From a virus, in IMG/VR virus record IMGVR_UViG_3300023184_004167, positions 32,001-96,000 of that record: 64,000 nucleotides of DNA; one strand, 5' to 3'. The notes under the pieces were generated by a model that did not search any database, was not told where the DNA came from, and was given only the letters and a program-made list of their open reading frames with translations. Shown here one piece after another: positions 18,424 through 28,295 of this stretch (within the stretch, counting starts at the first letter, position 1; each line of letters starts with the position of its first letter). The translations under genes were made by a program, and so were the position numbers.

Positions 18424-20091
18424 TTAAGGTACGTTGACAACACTTAAATTATAAGTATTCCCAGCAATCGCAGTAAAAGTGAACACAAAATAATCACTTG
18501 ATAACCCGGTAAATATTTGACTAAAATCAATTGTTGACATTGTTGAGTTAAATACCTCAACATAAGTGCCTGAAGGATTTAAATTAGTATATCCCGAAAG
18601 AGTTATACTAGTTCTATTATTAACAAGGAATGAACCACTATTGTTAGTGTTATTATTGTCAGAAATAGCGTTTCCACCATTTAAATATATGTTATTATCT
18701 CCAACCGCAGAATCTATAGTATTCCAAGCATATTTTATTACTGCCCCACTGCCCACTTGTTGTACTTGATAGGTGTCAGATAATATTGTTTGTCCTCTTG
18801 GTGTCAAAACTGAACAACAAGAACACCCTAACATAACTGCATTAGTCAATAAATAACTAACACTTTTACTTAATGTTGTTATACAACCATTTGTACTTAC
18901 CGAACCATAACCATTCGGAATATTTAAATCAGAATCACAAGTCCCATTAACAACATCATTATACCCCATTGTTATATTACAAGACTCATCTATTGTTGTT
19001 ACATTATCATAATACGGGGAACAATTTGGTCTAGGATTACTATATGTATTTATTATTGGATTTATTAATGAAACAGGATTACCATTTAGATAAACATAAT
19101 TATCACCCGTTATTATACCACTACCAGGTCCTGAAATTGTATCTATTCTATTGAATTCTAAATCAAAATTAATTGTTGTTCCAATTGGTAATGGGGGTGA
19201 TACATTTAAACTCCAAGTTGTTTGTTTTACCGAATCTGTATTACTAACTGAAACAACATATGTGTTATAAGTTAAAGATAAAGTATATGTTGTTGCAACA
19301 CCCGCATATCCAACATTAACCGAATTAGATGATATTGTTCCAATAGAATCTTTTGTTAATATTATATAATTTCCCTGACAAAGACTTTGAATTACCGGTG
19401 AAAGTTGATAGGTAGAACCATTTATTGAATATGTGTATGGTGAAACTCCTCCCGTTGTTTGCATAACAACCGAACCATTGCAAGGTACAGTATTATAACA
19501 ATTTGTGTTGGTAACACTGGTATTTGAGCCCAATGGTGTTGTTGTTCCGCAAGTTCCTTGCGTAACTAGTATGTTTTGTACCATTGGGAATCTTGCACCT
19601 GAAGCTCTCCAAATACCCGAAGGTATTGAAACATTAAGTGGATAAATCAATGTAATACTACTATTATATATCATTTCCCATTGAAGTGCAATATAATTCC
19701 AAATTATATTATATGTATCAATACCATTAGTGTATGTCCAAACATCTCTACCATTTTGAGTTCCGTTTGGTATAAATTGAAGAATATAGTTTTGAGGTTC
19801 AATATTATAAGTCATACATAAATCCGGTGGTTCAACCGGAGATATCGCAGGTTTAATCGGAAAAATTATTGAATTTTTACAAGTACCTAAATTCACAACC
19901 ATAATTTCATCAGAAGAGTCATCAATAACAATATTAATACCAACCAATAATTGTGACAGAGTAATCCCTGTCGCCAAATTTCCATTAGATAATAAAGTTG
20001 CGGTATTATATGTAGAACCTGTATGGTAATACAGATTATATGTTCCGTTAGAATCTCCTGTTGTTAATTGTACTGTATAATTTACTAACAT
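18424..20091 (-). CDS. Cys/Thr-rich beta-sandwich virion protein with an SprB repeat
   Basis: CNGSV...GGVSPYTYS...LCQGNYIILTKDSIG SprB-type unit. Confidence 0.65.
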   Translation of the reverse strand: MLVNYTVQLTTGDSNGTYNLYYHTGSTYNTATLLSNGNLATGITLSQLLVGINIVIDDSSDEIMVVNLGTCKNSIIFPIKPAISPVEPPDLCMTYNIEPQNYILQFIPNGTQNGRDVWTYTNGIDTYNIIWNYIALQWEMIYNSSITLIYPLNVSIPSGIWRASGARFPMVQNILVTQGTCGTTTPLGSNTSVTNTNCYNTVPCNGSVVMQTTGGVSPYTYSINGSTYQLSPVIQSLCQGNYIILTKDSIGTISSNSVNVGYAGVATTYTLSLTYNTYVVSVSNTDSVKQTTWSLNVSPPLPIGTTINFDLEFNRIDTISGPGSGIITGDNYVYLNGNPVSLINPIINTYSNPRPNCSPYYDNVTTIDESCNITMGYNDVVNGTCDSDLNIPNGYGSVSTNGCITTLSKSVSYLLTNAVMLGCSCCSVLTPRGQTILSDTYQVQQVGSGAVIKYAWNTIDSAVGDNNIYLNGGNAISDNNNTNNSGSFLVNNRTSITLSGYTNLNPSGTYVEVFNSTMSTIDFSQIFTGLSSDYFVFTFTAIAGNTYNLSVVNVP

Positions 20092-20101
20092 AATTTTTAT
20101 T

Positions 20102-22459
20102 TTATGGTGTTATTGTTATTGTTACACCTCTACTTGTTAAGTCTGTTACAGCATCTGTTGCTGTTGCACTTGATAGACCCCTTAATTTAATAATTTTTGC
20201 ACCATTCCATGTAGAACCAGTTAAGTCAATTAAAATATTATCTATATAAGTTGAGTTATTTGAAACAGAACCAACAAGACTAACTTGACTCATTATTGTT
20301 GCCCAAACATGTGGATAAGTATACGCACTTAATGTGTTATTACCTTCAATTTGGATGTATTGAGCAGTTGTTGGTATTGTTGCAGTATCTCCCGATATTA
20401 TATTATTACTAAAAATACTAACACTTACAATACTTGGTGGTAAGTTAGAAATATCACCTGATATGATTTCACTAAATGATGTTCCACTACCTTTTAAATA
20501 TAAAGTTGTTAATGTTAATGGTAAATTTGCAACATCTCCACCCACTTTATTATTTCCTCCTAAATCAAAATATATTAATCCTGATGGTAAATCAAAAGTG
20601 TCTCCACTTATTGTGTTATTACCTGTTATTGTTGCGGTTTTTAATGTTCTTGGTAAACCAAAAGTGTCTCCACCTAAAGTAGTTGAGCCAAGAATTTGAC
20701 AATATGTCATTCCTGTTGGTAAATCTGAAGTATTTCCGCTAAGAGTATTATTAAATTGAGCATCAAATATTTTTAATGTTCTTGGTAATCCTGAAACATC
20801 CCCACTCATAGTATTATTACTGTATATATGAACTTCAGTTAAACCCGTTGGTAATCCTGAAACATCCCCACTTATTGAATTACTAGGTCCAATTAATAAA
20901 TAAGTTAAATTTCTTGGTAAATCATAAGTTGACCCAGATAATAAATTAGTTTGAGTTAATAAATAATCAAGATTTCTTGGTAAGTCGGACGCAATCCCTT
21001 TTAATAAAACATTACTCCCAAAAGTAATACGGGTTAAACCATCAAGTTTAGTTAACTCCGATGTATCTATACTAACTGAAAGTGTTGGAGAAACCGTTGA
21101 TAACTCTAATTTACCTATTGTCGTTAAATCCAAAGACTCAATAAAAATATCTCCTGTATATGGTGATAAATAAGTATATGTTGGCGTATTATTTCCCGCC
21201 GAATATGTTGTTGATGTTGTTCCTTCCCAAATAATTCTAAATGATGTTGATGCGGATATTGAACCAAAAGTAATTGAATTTAATCCAATTGCACTCATTT
21301 TCATTTTTTGTAGTTCCACATTTGTTGGTGTCGGAGTCGGAGTTGTTGTTGGAGTTGTTGTTTGAGTCATTGTTGGCGTTGGGCTTGGTAAACCAATTAT
21401 TTGACTAACACTTCCAGCCAAATTACAATTAAGTTTTGGGTCAGTTAAATAACAAATAGTATTTGCTGTATAATCACCATAATAATCCACCACTTGAACA
21501 GGATACGCACCCGCAGGTAAATTACTTATAGTTTGAGTTCTATTTCCGTTCGCCCAACTGATTGTATATGGACTTGTCCCTCCTGTTATTATAACTTGTA
21601 ACGCCCCATTAGTCCCACCATAAGTAGTTATACTTGAAACTACACTACAATTAATTCCCATAGGAAATGACACAAAAGTATCACAATTATTTTCAGGTTT
21701 GGTTACCGGTTTATTACTCGGAGTTTGTGTCGGAGTTGTTGTTGGAGTTGTTGTTGGGGTATGAGAAGGTGTAATAGATGGTGTTGGTGTATTAGTTGCC
21801 GTAATAGTAGGTGTAGGTGTCGGAGTTGGGGTTACACAAGATTGTATTCCTGATGTTGCTATTTGTAATATTGAGTTAGAATATGGTAAAGTTGGATTAA
21901 AAGAAACTATCAAATTTGTTGTTGCAAACCCATATGTGTCTATTCCACAACAATCAATATAATAATAATTATACCCAGCCTTTATATTACCTTGTATACA
22001 AGTTAATTGTGTAATACAATCCGCACAATCACGTCTAGCTCCATTACTAATTAAAACTTTAGCCGTTCCTGATGGAATCCCTCCTATATATTTTACACAT
22101 CCCTTATAACCATCTGTTGCCTCAATATAATAAGTATTAACCCCTGAAATAGTCCCTATAAAACTTTTCACAGGAAATATTGCTCCCGTAACGCAATCTT
22201 GAACCATGTATTCAATGGAAATTGACGAACAAGTACCTGTTAATACAATCGTTCCTCCACCGCCATTTACTTGAGCCCAAATTGTTCCATCACTATAAAA
22301 ACCATCTGAAGCACTTGTACCAGTAAAATTAGAACCAACGAGAATTGTTCCATTAACACCAAATATTGTTGCCGAATAATTAGTTAAAACACCTGAAACA
22401 CAAGAATCATATGCCGTTAATCCGGATGATAATGATATGTTTATATAAGGAACCGCCAT
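20102..22459 (-). CDS. modular adhesin-like protein: Cys modules, PT linkers, SprB repeat and 22-aa leucine-rich repeats
   Basis: GGTSPYTISW...LPAGAYPVQVVD; about 10 LPxxLxxLxIxxxNxISGD repeats; C-cap IDNILIDL. Confidence 0.75.
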   Translation of the reverse strand: MAVPYINISLSSGLTAYDSCVSGVLTNYSATIFGVNGTILVGSNFTGTSASDGFYSDGTIWAQVNGGGGTIVLTGTCSSISIEYMVQDCVTGAIFPVKSFIGTISGVNTYYIEATDGYKGCVKYIGGIPSGTAKVLISNGARRDCADCITQLTCIQGNIKAGYNYYYIDCCGIDTYGFATTNLIVSFNPTLPYSNSILQIATSGIQSCVTPTPTPTPTITATNTPTPSITPSHTPTTTPTTTPTQTPSNKPVTKPENNCDTFVSFPMGINCSVVSSITTYGGTNGALQVIITGGTSPYTISWANGNRTQTISNLPAGAYPVQVVDYYGDYTANTICYLTDPKLNCNLAGSVSQIIGLPSPTPTMTQTTTPTTTPTPTPTNVELQKMKMSAIGLNSITFGSISASTSFRIIWEGTTSTTYSAGNNTPTYTYLSPYTGDIFIESLDLTTIGKLELSTVSPTLSVSIDTSELTKLDGLTRITFGSNVLLKGIASDLPRNLDYLLTQTNLLSGSTYDLPRNLTYLLIGPSNSISGDVSGLPTGLTEVHIYSNNTMSGDVSGLPRTLKIFDAQFNNTLSGNTSDLPTGMTYCQILGSTTLGGDTFGLPRTLKTATITGNNTISGDTFDLPSGLIYFDLGGNNKVGGDVANLPLTLTTLYLKGSGTSFSEIISGDISNLPPSIVSVSIFSNNIISGDTATIPTTAQYIQIEGNNTLSAYTYPHVWATIMSQVSLVGSVSNNSTYIDNILIDLTGSTWNGAKIIKLRGLSSATATDAVTDLTSRGVTITITP

Positions 22460-22477
22460 ATTTTAATTTACATTTTT

Positions 22478-23158
22478 TTAAATACAAATAGCAAAATCAA
22501 TTATTTGTCCAAAAGAATTTACTTGAACAACATAATAATCATTACCAAATTTCATTTTTATATAATTACTACCCCCATTATACTGACTATACAAAACACC
22601 TCCAACATTTATTGTATAAACCACCGCATTTATTACAGGTGTTAAATAAGATTCACTTATATATGTATAATAGTTAGTAGGACTTACAGTATCACTACAA
22701 GTATCAGCACTACTACTAAATATTGATTTTCCAATCAAATGACTTGATATCACAGGTGTTGTTGTGGGTGTAGGTGTTGTTGTTGGCGTATATGTTGGTG
22801 TTTGGCTGTTTGTCGGTGTTAATGTCTGTGTTGGTGTGTTTGTGGGTGTTTCAGTCATTGTCTGTGTTGGAGTTAATGTTGGTGTTGGTGTGACGCTACT
22901 TGTTGGTGTGGGTGTTATATAAACAAAGTCTCCTGCCTCACAAGAAAGACTATCAATTACCTTTATTAAAAAGTCCGTTTCATCATATGGTGAAGGAACT
23001 TCAAAAGTATATGGAAATGTATCTGCCGATGAGACAAAAACACAAGAAGCACTCAAAGCGTCACAATAATATATGTCCACCGGAGTGTTTGCTGTTATGC
23101 TTGTTATAGTTATACTTTGACTCATCCTGTTACTGTTGTTTCTCCTGTTATTATCCAA
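22478..23158 (-). CDS. adaptor domain, PT linker and C-terminal Cys module protein
   Basis: ITSITANTPVDIYYCD N-terminal domain. Probable start 23125. Confidence 0.7.
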   Translation of the reverse strand: MDNNRRNNSNRMSQSITITSITANTPVDIYYCDALSASCVFVSSADTFPYTFEVPSPYDETDFLIKVIDSLSCEAGDFVYITPTPTSSVTPTPTLTPTQTMTETPTNTPTQTLTPTNSQTPTYTPTTTPTPTTTPVISSHLIGKSIFSSSADTCSDTVSPTNYYTYISESYLTPVINAVVYTINVGGVLYSQYNGGSNYIKMKFGNDYYVVQVNSFGQIIDFAICI

Positions 23159-23379
23159 CCATTTCCATCAACTATCTTTAACATATATGATGGTGATGTA
23201 TCATATGGTACTGGTATATCAAATTCATATGTTGTTGTCGTTATTGTATCCATAAAAAAACAACCCGTCCCATCACTCTGACAGATGTAAATATTGTAAG
23301 GACTTTGTCCCGTTATTCCATTTATGTTAACTTGTGTTGCCATATTAATAAATAGATTATTGTGTGTTATAATAATCAA
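23122..23379 (-). CDS. stand-alone SprB-like adaptor domain protein
   Basis: INGITGQSPYNIYIC...LKIVDGNG. Probable start 23343, after TATTTAT. Confidence 0.7.
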   Translation of the reverse strand: MIIITHNNLFINMATQVNINGITGQSPYNIYICQSDGTGCFFMDTITTTTYEFDIPVPYDTSPSYMLKIVDGNGWIITGETTVTG

Positions 23380-24136
23380 TTAAACAATTATTACAATTTA
23401 AAAAAGTTTGCCAAACTGTCGGTGTTACACCAGACTCATAATTATACTCAACTTCAATCCCTTCATAAGAAGTTATTACATAACAAGTATTATTAGTAAC
23501 AAGACTAACACTTGTTGTTGCACTTAATGTTGTTGATGTTGCTGGTGCATAAATTTTTAACCCAATTACCGAACCATCACAAGAATCTCCAATATATGTT
23601 TTATATATTGGACAAGTATCACAATCATATGTTTCCCAAGCCGGAGTTGCAATCTCATAATCTGTATCAACCGCAGATATAACCGAATTAAGAGTCACAC
23701 AAAAATCATCCCCACTTGGGTTTCTTATTCCAACAACTTGTTGGACTGTAGGTAATAACTTTGTTGGCCCAGATATCGGCCCGACATTACAAACCTTAAC
23801 ATATTCAGTTGTTCCACTATCACATCTTGTCGCACTAAAATATGTTATCACACAAGGACTTGTTCTTGTTAATAAACAAGAATTACAATCAGGGTAAACA
23901 ATATCAACAACATTTGTAAAATAATTTCCACTATAATTAATGGGAAACACATTGTCTGGTGATATATAACCATTGTTAGATTCTCCAAGATAATTCCAAC
24001 AATTACCATCACTATCCTTAAAAATAGTATTAGGTAAATTTGTAAATTCAACCTTTTCACTCTGTATTACCTGACTATTCTTACTCGCAAATGTTGCAAG
24101 TGGTGAACAACTTTCGTATATATAAACTTTACTCAT
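23357..24136 (-). CDS. Cys-rich repeat protein (three C...C...CxxC modules)
   Basis: Modules end in DCNSC, DCDTC and NCNNC. Confidence 0.7.
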   Translation of the reverse strand: MSKVYIYESCSPLATFASKNSQVIQSEKVEFTNLPNTIFKDSDGNCWNYLGESNNGYISPDNVFPINYSGNYFTNVVDIVYPDCNSCLLTRTSPCVITYFSATRCDSGTTEYVKVCNVGPISGPTKLLPTVQQVVGIRNPSGDDFCVTLNSVISAVDTDYEIATPAWETYDCDTCPIYKTYIGDSCDGSVIGLKIYAPATSTTLSATTSVSLVTNNTCYVITSYEGIEVEYNYESGVTPTVWQTFLNCNNCLIDYYNTQ

Positions 24137-24148
24137 TTTATCTTAATT

Positions 24149-27100
24149 TTATGGTGCCACCCCACCATCTATTATTGTCCAATTATATGTTACACCCGTT
24201 AAAGTGTCTTTACCCGCTTGTGCGGTTGCTCCGCTATATTTTAGTCCACCAAAATTAACATTTGTTAAATTTGTTTGTAATGGTTTGGTTGACCAAGAAA
24301 TTAATATGTTGTTGTAATTATCAACCGAATAATTACTTGAGGTTTTACCTGTCATAAAGTTTTGGAAATTGCTCACATTATTTGGACTCCAATTACTAAT
24401 ATCTTGATTAAACGCTGTATTATTAAAGAACATAGATGACATATTAGTAACAGCAGTTACAGTCCATCCAGAAATATCAGGATTTCCATCATTATTAAAT
24501 ACGGAATTTTTAAACATATCTGACATATTTAGAACATTTGAAACATTCCAAGAACTAATGTTTTGATTAAATATTCCGTTTCCGTTAAACATTCCTGTCA
24601 TATCTGTAACCGCACTTAAAGAATTACCCCAATTACCTATTGGTTGGTTAAATGCGTCGGAATTACTAAACATTCTTGCGGTTGTAAAACAACTATTTAA
24701 TGTCCAAGCAGAAATTGATGGGTCTCCTCCATTATTAAAATATAAATTGGAACTAAACATATCATCAATCCTTTTAACATTTGACATATTCCAATTTCCA
24801 ATATTTTTATTAAACACTCCTCCGGCAAACATATTTCTCATACCGCTCAAAGTACTCAGTGATGTAACATTAGAAACATCCCAACTTCCAATTGGTTGGT
24901 TAAATGTATTGTTCAAATAGAACATATGTCCCATATCAGTACAAGCAGAAGTTGTCCATCCACTAATTCCTGGGTCTCCACCATTATTGAAAGTTGTAGA
25001 TGAACCACCACCAGCAAACATATAATTCATCTGATTTGCCCTAATATAAGATTTGTACCCATAATCATTAGGAAAATTTCTTTCCCAATTCGTAATATTT
25101 CTATTAAATGCATATGCCAAATGGAACACATATCCCATTGACCCCCCTCCTGTTGCCGCCGATGTTGTCCAACCACTAATACTATTACTCCCCGCATTGT
25201 CAAAAACAAATGCACTATCAAACATTGTATAAAATGAAGTTACTTTGTGTGTATCCCAATTACCAATATCTTTATTGAATTTTCTAGCATTAGCGAACAT
25301 ATATGACATATCTGTGACCGCAGAAACAGTCCATCCACTCAAATCATCATTAAAATTAAGAGCGGAGTTGAAAGTACTATTCATACTAACTACTTTAGAT
25401 GTATCCCAATTATTAACATTGTTAATTGTAGTTAAAGAACTACATCCATTGAATAAAGATGCTAAATTTGTTGTCCCACTTAAATTCAACACATCTGTAA
25501 CACCTGTCAACACCAAATTGGAACACCCATAGAAGTGTCCTGTTGATGTTGTACCACTGCCCAATTGAAGTGGGCCCCATTTCAATACTTCAACAAGTTT
25601 TAATTTATCACCCGAATTATTAAATGCCCATCCTTTTAGATTGCCCGGGTCGGCATAAATGTTAATTGTGTAAGTTCCAGGTGATGAATATGTATGAGTT
25701 AATGCAGAGTCATTCCAAGTACTAACATAATCATTGGTTGAGCTATCTCCCCAATTAATAATACAATTATAATTTGTTCCCGTACCACTAATAAATGGTA
25801 ATTTAACTTGGTCAGAATTACTTGAACCAACACTTGTATTTGTTGTTGTAAATCTTCCTGTAAAATTAATTAATGGTCTAGTAGGCGTTTGAGTCATTGT
25901 TGGGGTTTGCGTCGGAGTTTCGGTATTTGTAGGTGTGTTTGTTGGGGTTTGCGTCGGAGTTTCGGTATTTGTAGGTGTATTTGTTGGTGTGGGTGTATTT
26001 GTTGGAGTTTCAGTATTTGTTGGGGTTTGCGTCGGAGTTTCGGTATTTGTAGGTGTGTTTGTTGGCGTTTGAGTCGGAGTTTCAGTATTTGTTGGCGTTT
26101 GACTTTGTGTTGATGTATTTGTTGGCGTTTGAGTCGGAGTTTCAGTATTTGTTGGCGTTTGTGTATTTGTTGGCGTATTTGTTGGTGTAGGTGTAGGCGT
26201 GGGTACGTGTAAACAAGTACTACAATCAGGATAAACTTGGTATACCTGATTAACATTAGAATTAGAAGATAAATTAGCATCATCCCTATCATATTTCACA
26301 CAAAAACTACTAGTTGTACTACCGCTAGATATTTGAGCATACATATATGTTCCAACACTTACAAAAGTATTACCATACGCTAAATTATTATTAACATAAT
26401 ATTGATTATATGGTGGTTCACAACTAATCAACACTTTAATACCAGGACAATTAAATGGTGGGTCTAAAACAACAAAAGTTGCTTTACCCGAAATTTGAGT
26501 CTTATTTGGTGTCATTGTTGGTGTTGCTGTAACTGATGGTGTCGGCGTTGAAGATGTTTTTGCAATACTAAAATCAACCCCCACAATATAAACAGGACTA
26601 TTTGATGGTGTTGGTGTAACCCCAAAATTTGTAATGTTAAACTCAACATCACCACAATCTATTGCCGGTGTTGGAGTTACTGGGGGAACATATTCACAAT
26701 CAAAATAAGCATAAAAATCTAATAAATCACAATTAACCGGGGGTGTTGGTGCTGGTGGACAATCTCCAACAGCAAATGTATTTGATGCCAAATCAGGACA
26801 ATCCGAATAACAAGGACTTTTTCCTTCTAAAACACAAGGATTACCTAACCCATCACTTAAACACCACTTATTTGAAACATCAAAAAATAAATAACCAACT
26901 AAATCAGTTCCTCCTGTATAATATATCTTTGAATTATAACTTAATGTTGTTGAACTATATGTTCCATTATATCCTGATAATGAGGAAAAGGTTGTTGAAA
27001 AACAATATGATGGATTTGGACAAGGTAATGGTGTTGGTGAAGGTGTTGGTGTATTTGTTGGTGTTGGATTTGGAGTTCTTGTAGGGGTTGGTGTTGGTAC

Positions 27101-27757
27101 ACAATATTTACAATTATCAAATAATGGTGAACCTAAATTAGTACCACCAGGTCCTGAGAACTCAACAAACGCATAACATTCGCTATTATATATATAAGCG
27201 GCACCAATAAATGCCGTGTCTAAATCAACATTAAAATAATAAAGAGTACCATCAGAACATTTTGATAAAGTTGCCGCCGCACTACTTGTTCTTGGACAAA
27301 TAACATTTCCACAATCATCAACTAATGTAAATGTAACTGAATTGGCGTCATATAATGGCCCAGAACCATCATTTGCAATAATTGTTGCACAACCTGTATA
27401 TTCTCCAAATCCATCTACATAGTAGATATTTCCAACTATTGTTGGTATTATATTACCATAAAATCTGAAAACATTTTCACCATTTTCACAATCTCTGAAT
27501 TGTACCGTAGTTGCAGAACAAGTACCACTAAATTTAATAATCCCACTAACAACTTCAAAACAACTTGTGCCTCCATTAGGTATATCGGAATAAAATCCTG
27601 TTGGTGCGATAATAGAACAACCACTATCGGTATATAAATCACCATTTATAGTTAATGCGGTGTCGGTAGAATAATAATCACTACCTGAAGGTATTGAACA
27701 CGCATCATTACAATTAGTTCCAGTATATGATAATTTACCAATAAAGTTACACGCCAT
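24149..27757 (-). CDS. large modular adhesin-like protein: Cys modules, long PT linker, PKD-like domain and BspA/DUF285 repeats
   Basis: INWGD...HTYSSPGTY (PKD-like), then FNxxIxxWxVSxVTxMxxMF repeats. Confidence 0.8.
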   Translation of the reverse strand: MACNFIGKLSYTGTNCNDACSIPSGSDYYSTDTALTINGDLYTDSGCSIIAPTGFYSDIPNGGTSCFEVVSGIIKFSGTCSATTVQFRDCENGENVFRFYGNIIPTIVGNIYYVDGFGEYTGCATIIANDGSGPLYDANSVTFTLVDDCGNVICPRTSSAAATLSKCSDGTLYYFNVDLDTAFIGAAYIYNSECYAFVEFSGPGGTNLGSPLFDNCKYCVPTPTPTRTPNPTPTNTPTPSPTPLPCPNPSYCFSTTFSSLSGYNGTYSSTTLSYNSKIYYTGGTDLVGYLFFDVSNKWCLSDGLGNPCVLEGKSPCYSDCPDLASNTFAVGDCPPAPTPPVNCDLLDFYAYFDCEYVPPVTPTPAIDCGDVEFNITNFGVTPTPSNSPVYIVGVDFSIAKTSSTPTPSVTATPTMTPNKTQISGKATFVVLDPPFNCPGIKVLISCEPPYNQYYVNNNLAYGNTFVSVGTYMYAQISSGSTTSSFCVKYDRDDANLSSNSNVNQVYQVYPDCSTCLHVPTPTPTPTNTPTNTQTPTNTETPTQTPTNTSTQSQTPTNTETPTQTPTNTPTNTETPTQTPTNTETPTNTPTPTNTPTNTETPTQTPTNTPTNTETPTQTPTMTQTPTRPLINFTGRFTTTNTSVGSSNSDQVKLPFISGTGTNYNCIINWGDSSTNDYVSTWNDSALTHTYSSPGTYTINIYADPGNLKGWAFNNSGDKLKLVEVLKWGPLQLGSGTTSTGHFYGCSNLVLTGVTDVLNLSGTTNLASLFNGCSSLTTINNVNNWDTSKVVSMNSTFNSALNFNDDLSGWTVSAVTDMSYMFANARKFNKDIGNWDTHKVTSFYTMFDSAFVFDNAGSNSISGWTTSAATGGGSMGYVFHLAYAFNRNITNWERNFPNDYGYKSYIRANQMNYMFAGGGSSTTFNNGGDPGISGWTTSACTDMGHMFYLNNTFNQPIGSWDVSNVTSLSTLSGMRNMFAGGVFNKNIGNWNMSNVKRIDDMFSSNLYFNNGGDPSISAWTLNSCFTTARMFSNSDAFNQPIGNWGNSLSAVTDMTGMFNGNGIFNQNISSWNVSNVLNMSDMFKNSVFNNDGNPDISGWTVTAVTNMSSMFFNNTAFNQDISNWSPNNVSNFQNFMTGKTSSNYSVDNYNNILISWSTKPLQTNLTNVNFGGLKYSGATAQAGKDTLTGVTYNWTIIDGGVAP
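25880..26205 (-). repeat. coding Pro-Thr tandem repeat with near-identical 42-nt units
   Basis: gttggggtttgcgtcggagtttcggtatttgtaggtgt recurs three times, encoding [13 protein letters not shown]. Confidence 0.9.
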
Positions 27758-27868
27758 AGTTATATTCTTATTACTTTATAAATAACCCGAAATTTATTTT
27801 TTACACTCTTATTAATAATAGATTCTTAATATTTTTAATAAACAACACTTTTTGAAATATTTATATAT

Positions 27869-28042
27869 ATGAAACTTATAAAAACAATAAAGAAAGTTAT
27901 ACAAGAAGCCGAAGAGCAGTATAATTTTGCTTGCGAAAAATCTGTACCAGTACAAGAGTTAGATAGATTAGAAAAAAATTACAAAGACTCCTTAAAGTTA
28001 TTAAAATTTTATCCCAGAAAAGAAGAGAAAAAGAAAAAGTAA
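27869..28042 (+). CDS. small plus-strand protein (57 aa, not in ORF track), possible late or virion protein
   Basis: MKLIKTIKKVIQEAEEQYNFACEKSVPVQELDRLEKNYKDSLKLLKFYPRKEEKKKK, preceded by TATTTAT at 27858-27864. Confidence 0.65.
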   Translation: MKLIKTIKKVIQEAEEQYNFACEKSVPVQELDRLEKNYKDSLKLLKFYPRKEEKKKK

Positions 28043-28043
28043 A

Positions 28044-28295
28044 TTAAGGTGTATTACAACCTATTATCTTAAATGTCTCACATCCATTAGACGCACTCAA
28101 AATTAACATTATTGATTCAATTGTATTGAACAATGGTGGAGGATATTGATATACTGTCGGAGGAACGGGTGTTGATGTTGCGCCCGTTATTGTACCAATA
28201 AAATATCTGTTCTCACCACGATAATCCGCAACATACACATCAATTGGTGTGTTCCCCGAAACTTCTGTGAATTCTATTTGTGTCATAAGGTACAA
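28044..28295 (-). CDS. stand-alone SprB-like adaptor domain protein
   Basis: VSGNTPIDVYVAD...LSASNGCE. Probable start 28286. Confidence 0.7.
   Translation of the reverse strand: MYLMTQIEFTEVSGNTPIDVYVADYRGENRYFIGTITGATSTPVPPTVYQYPPPLFNTIESIMLILSASNGCETFKIIGCNTP

Noticed and set aside
25880-26205. Direct repeats that might be a CRISPR array
   Set aside because: The units are contiguous, in-frame codon repeats for Pro-Thr with no unique spacers, and no cas genes are present.
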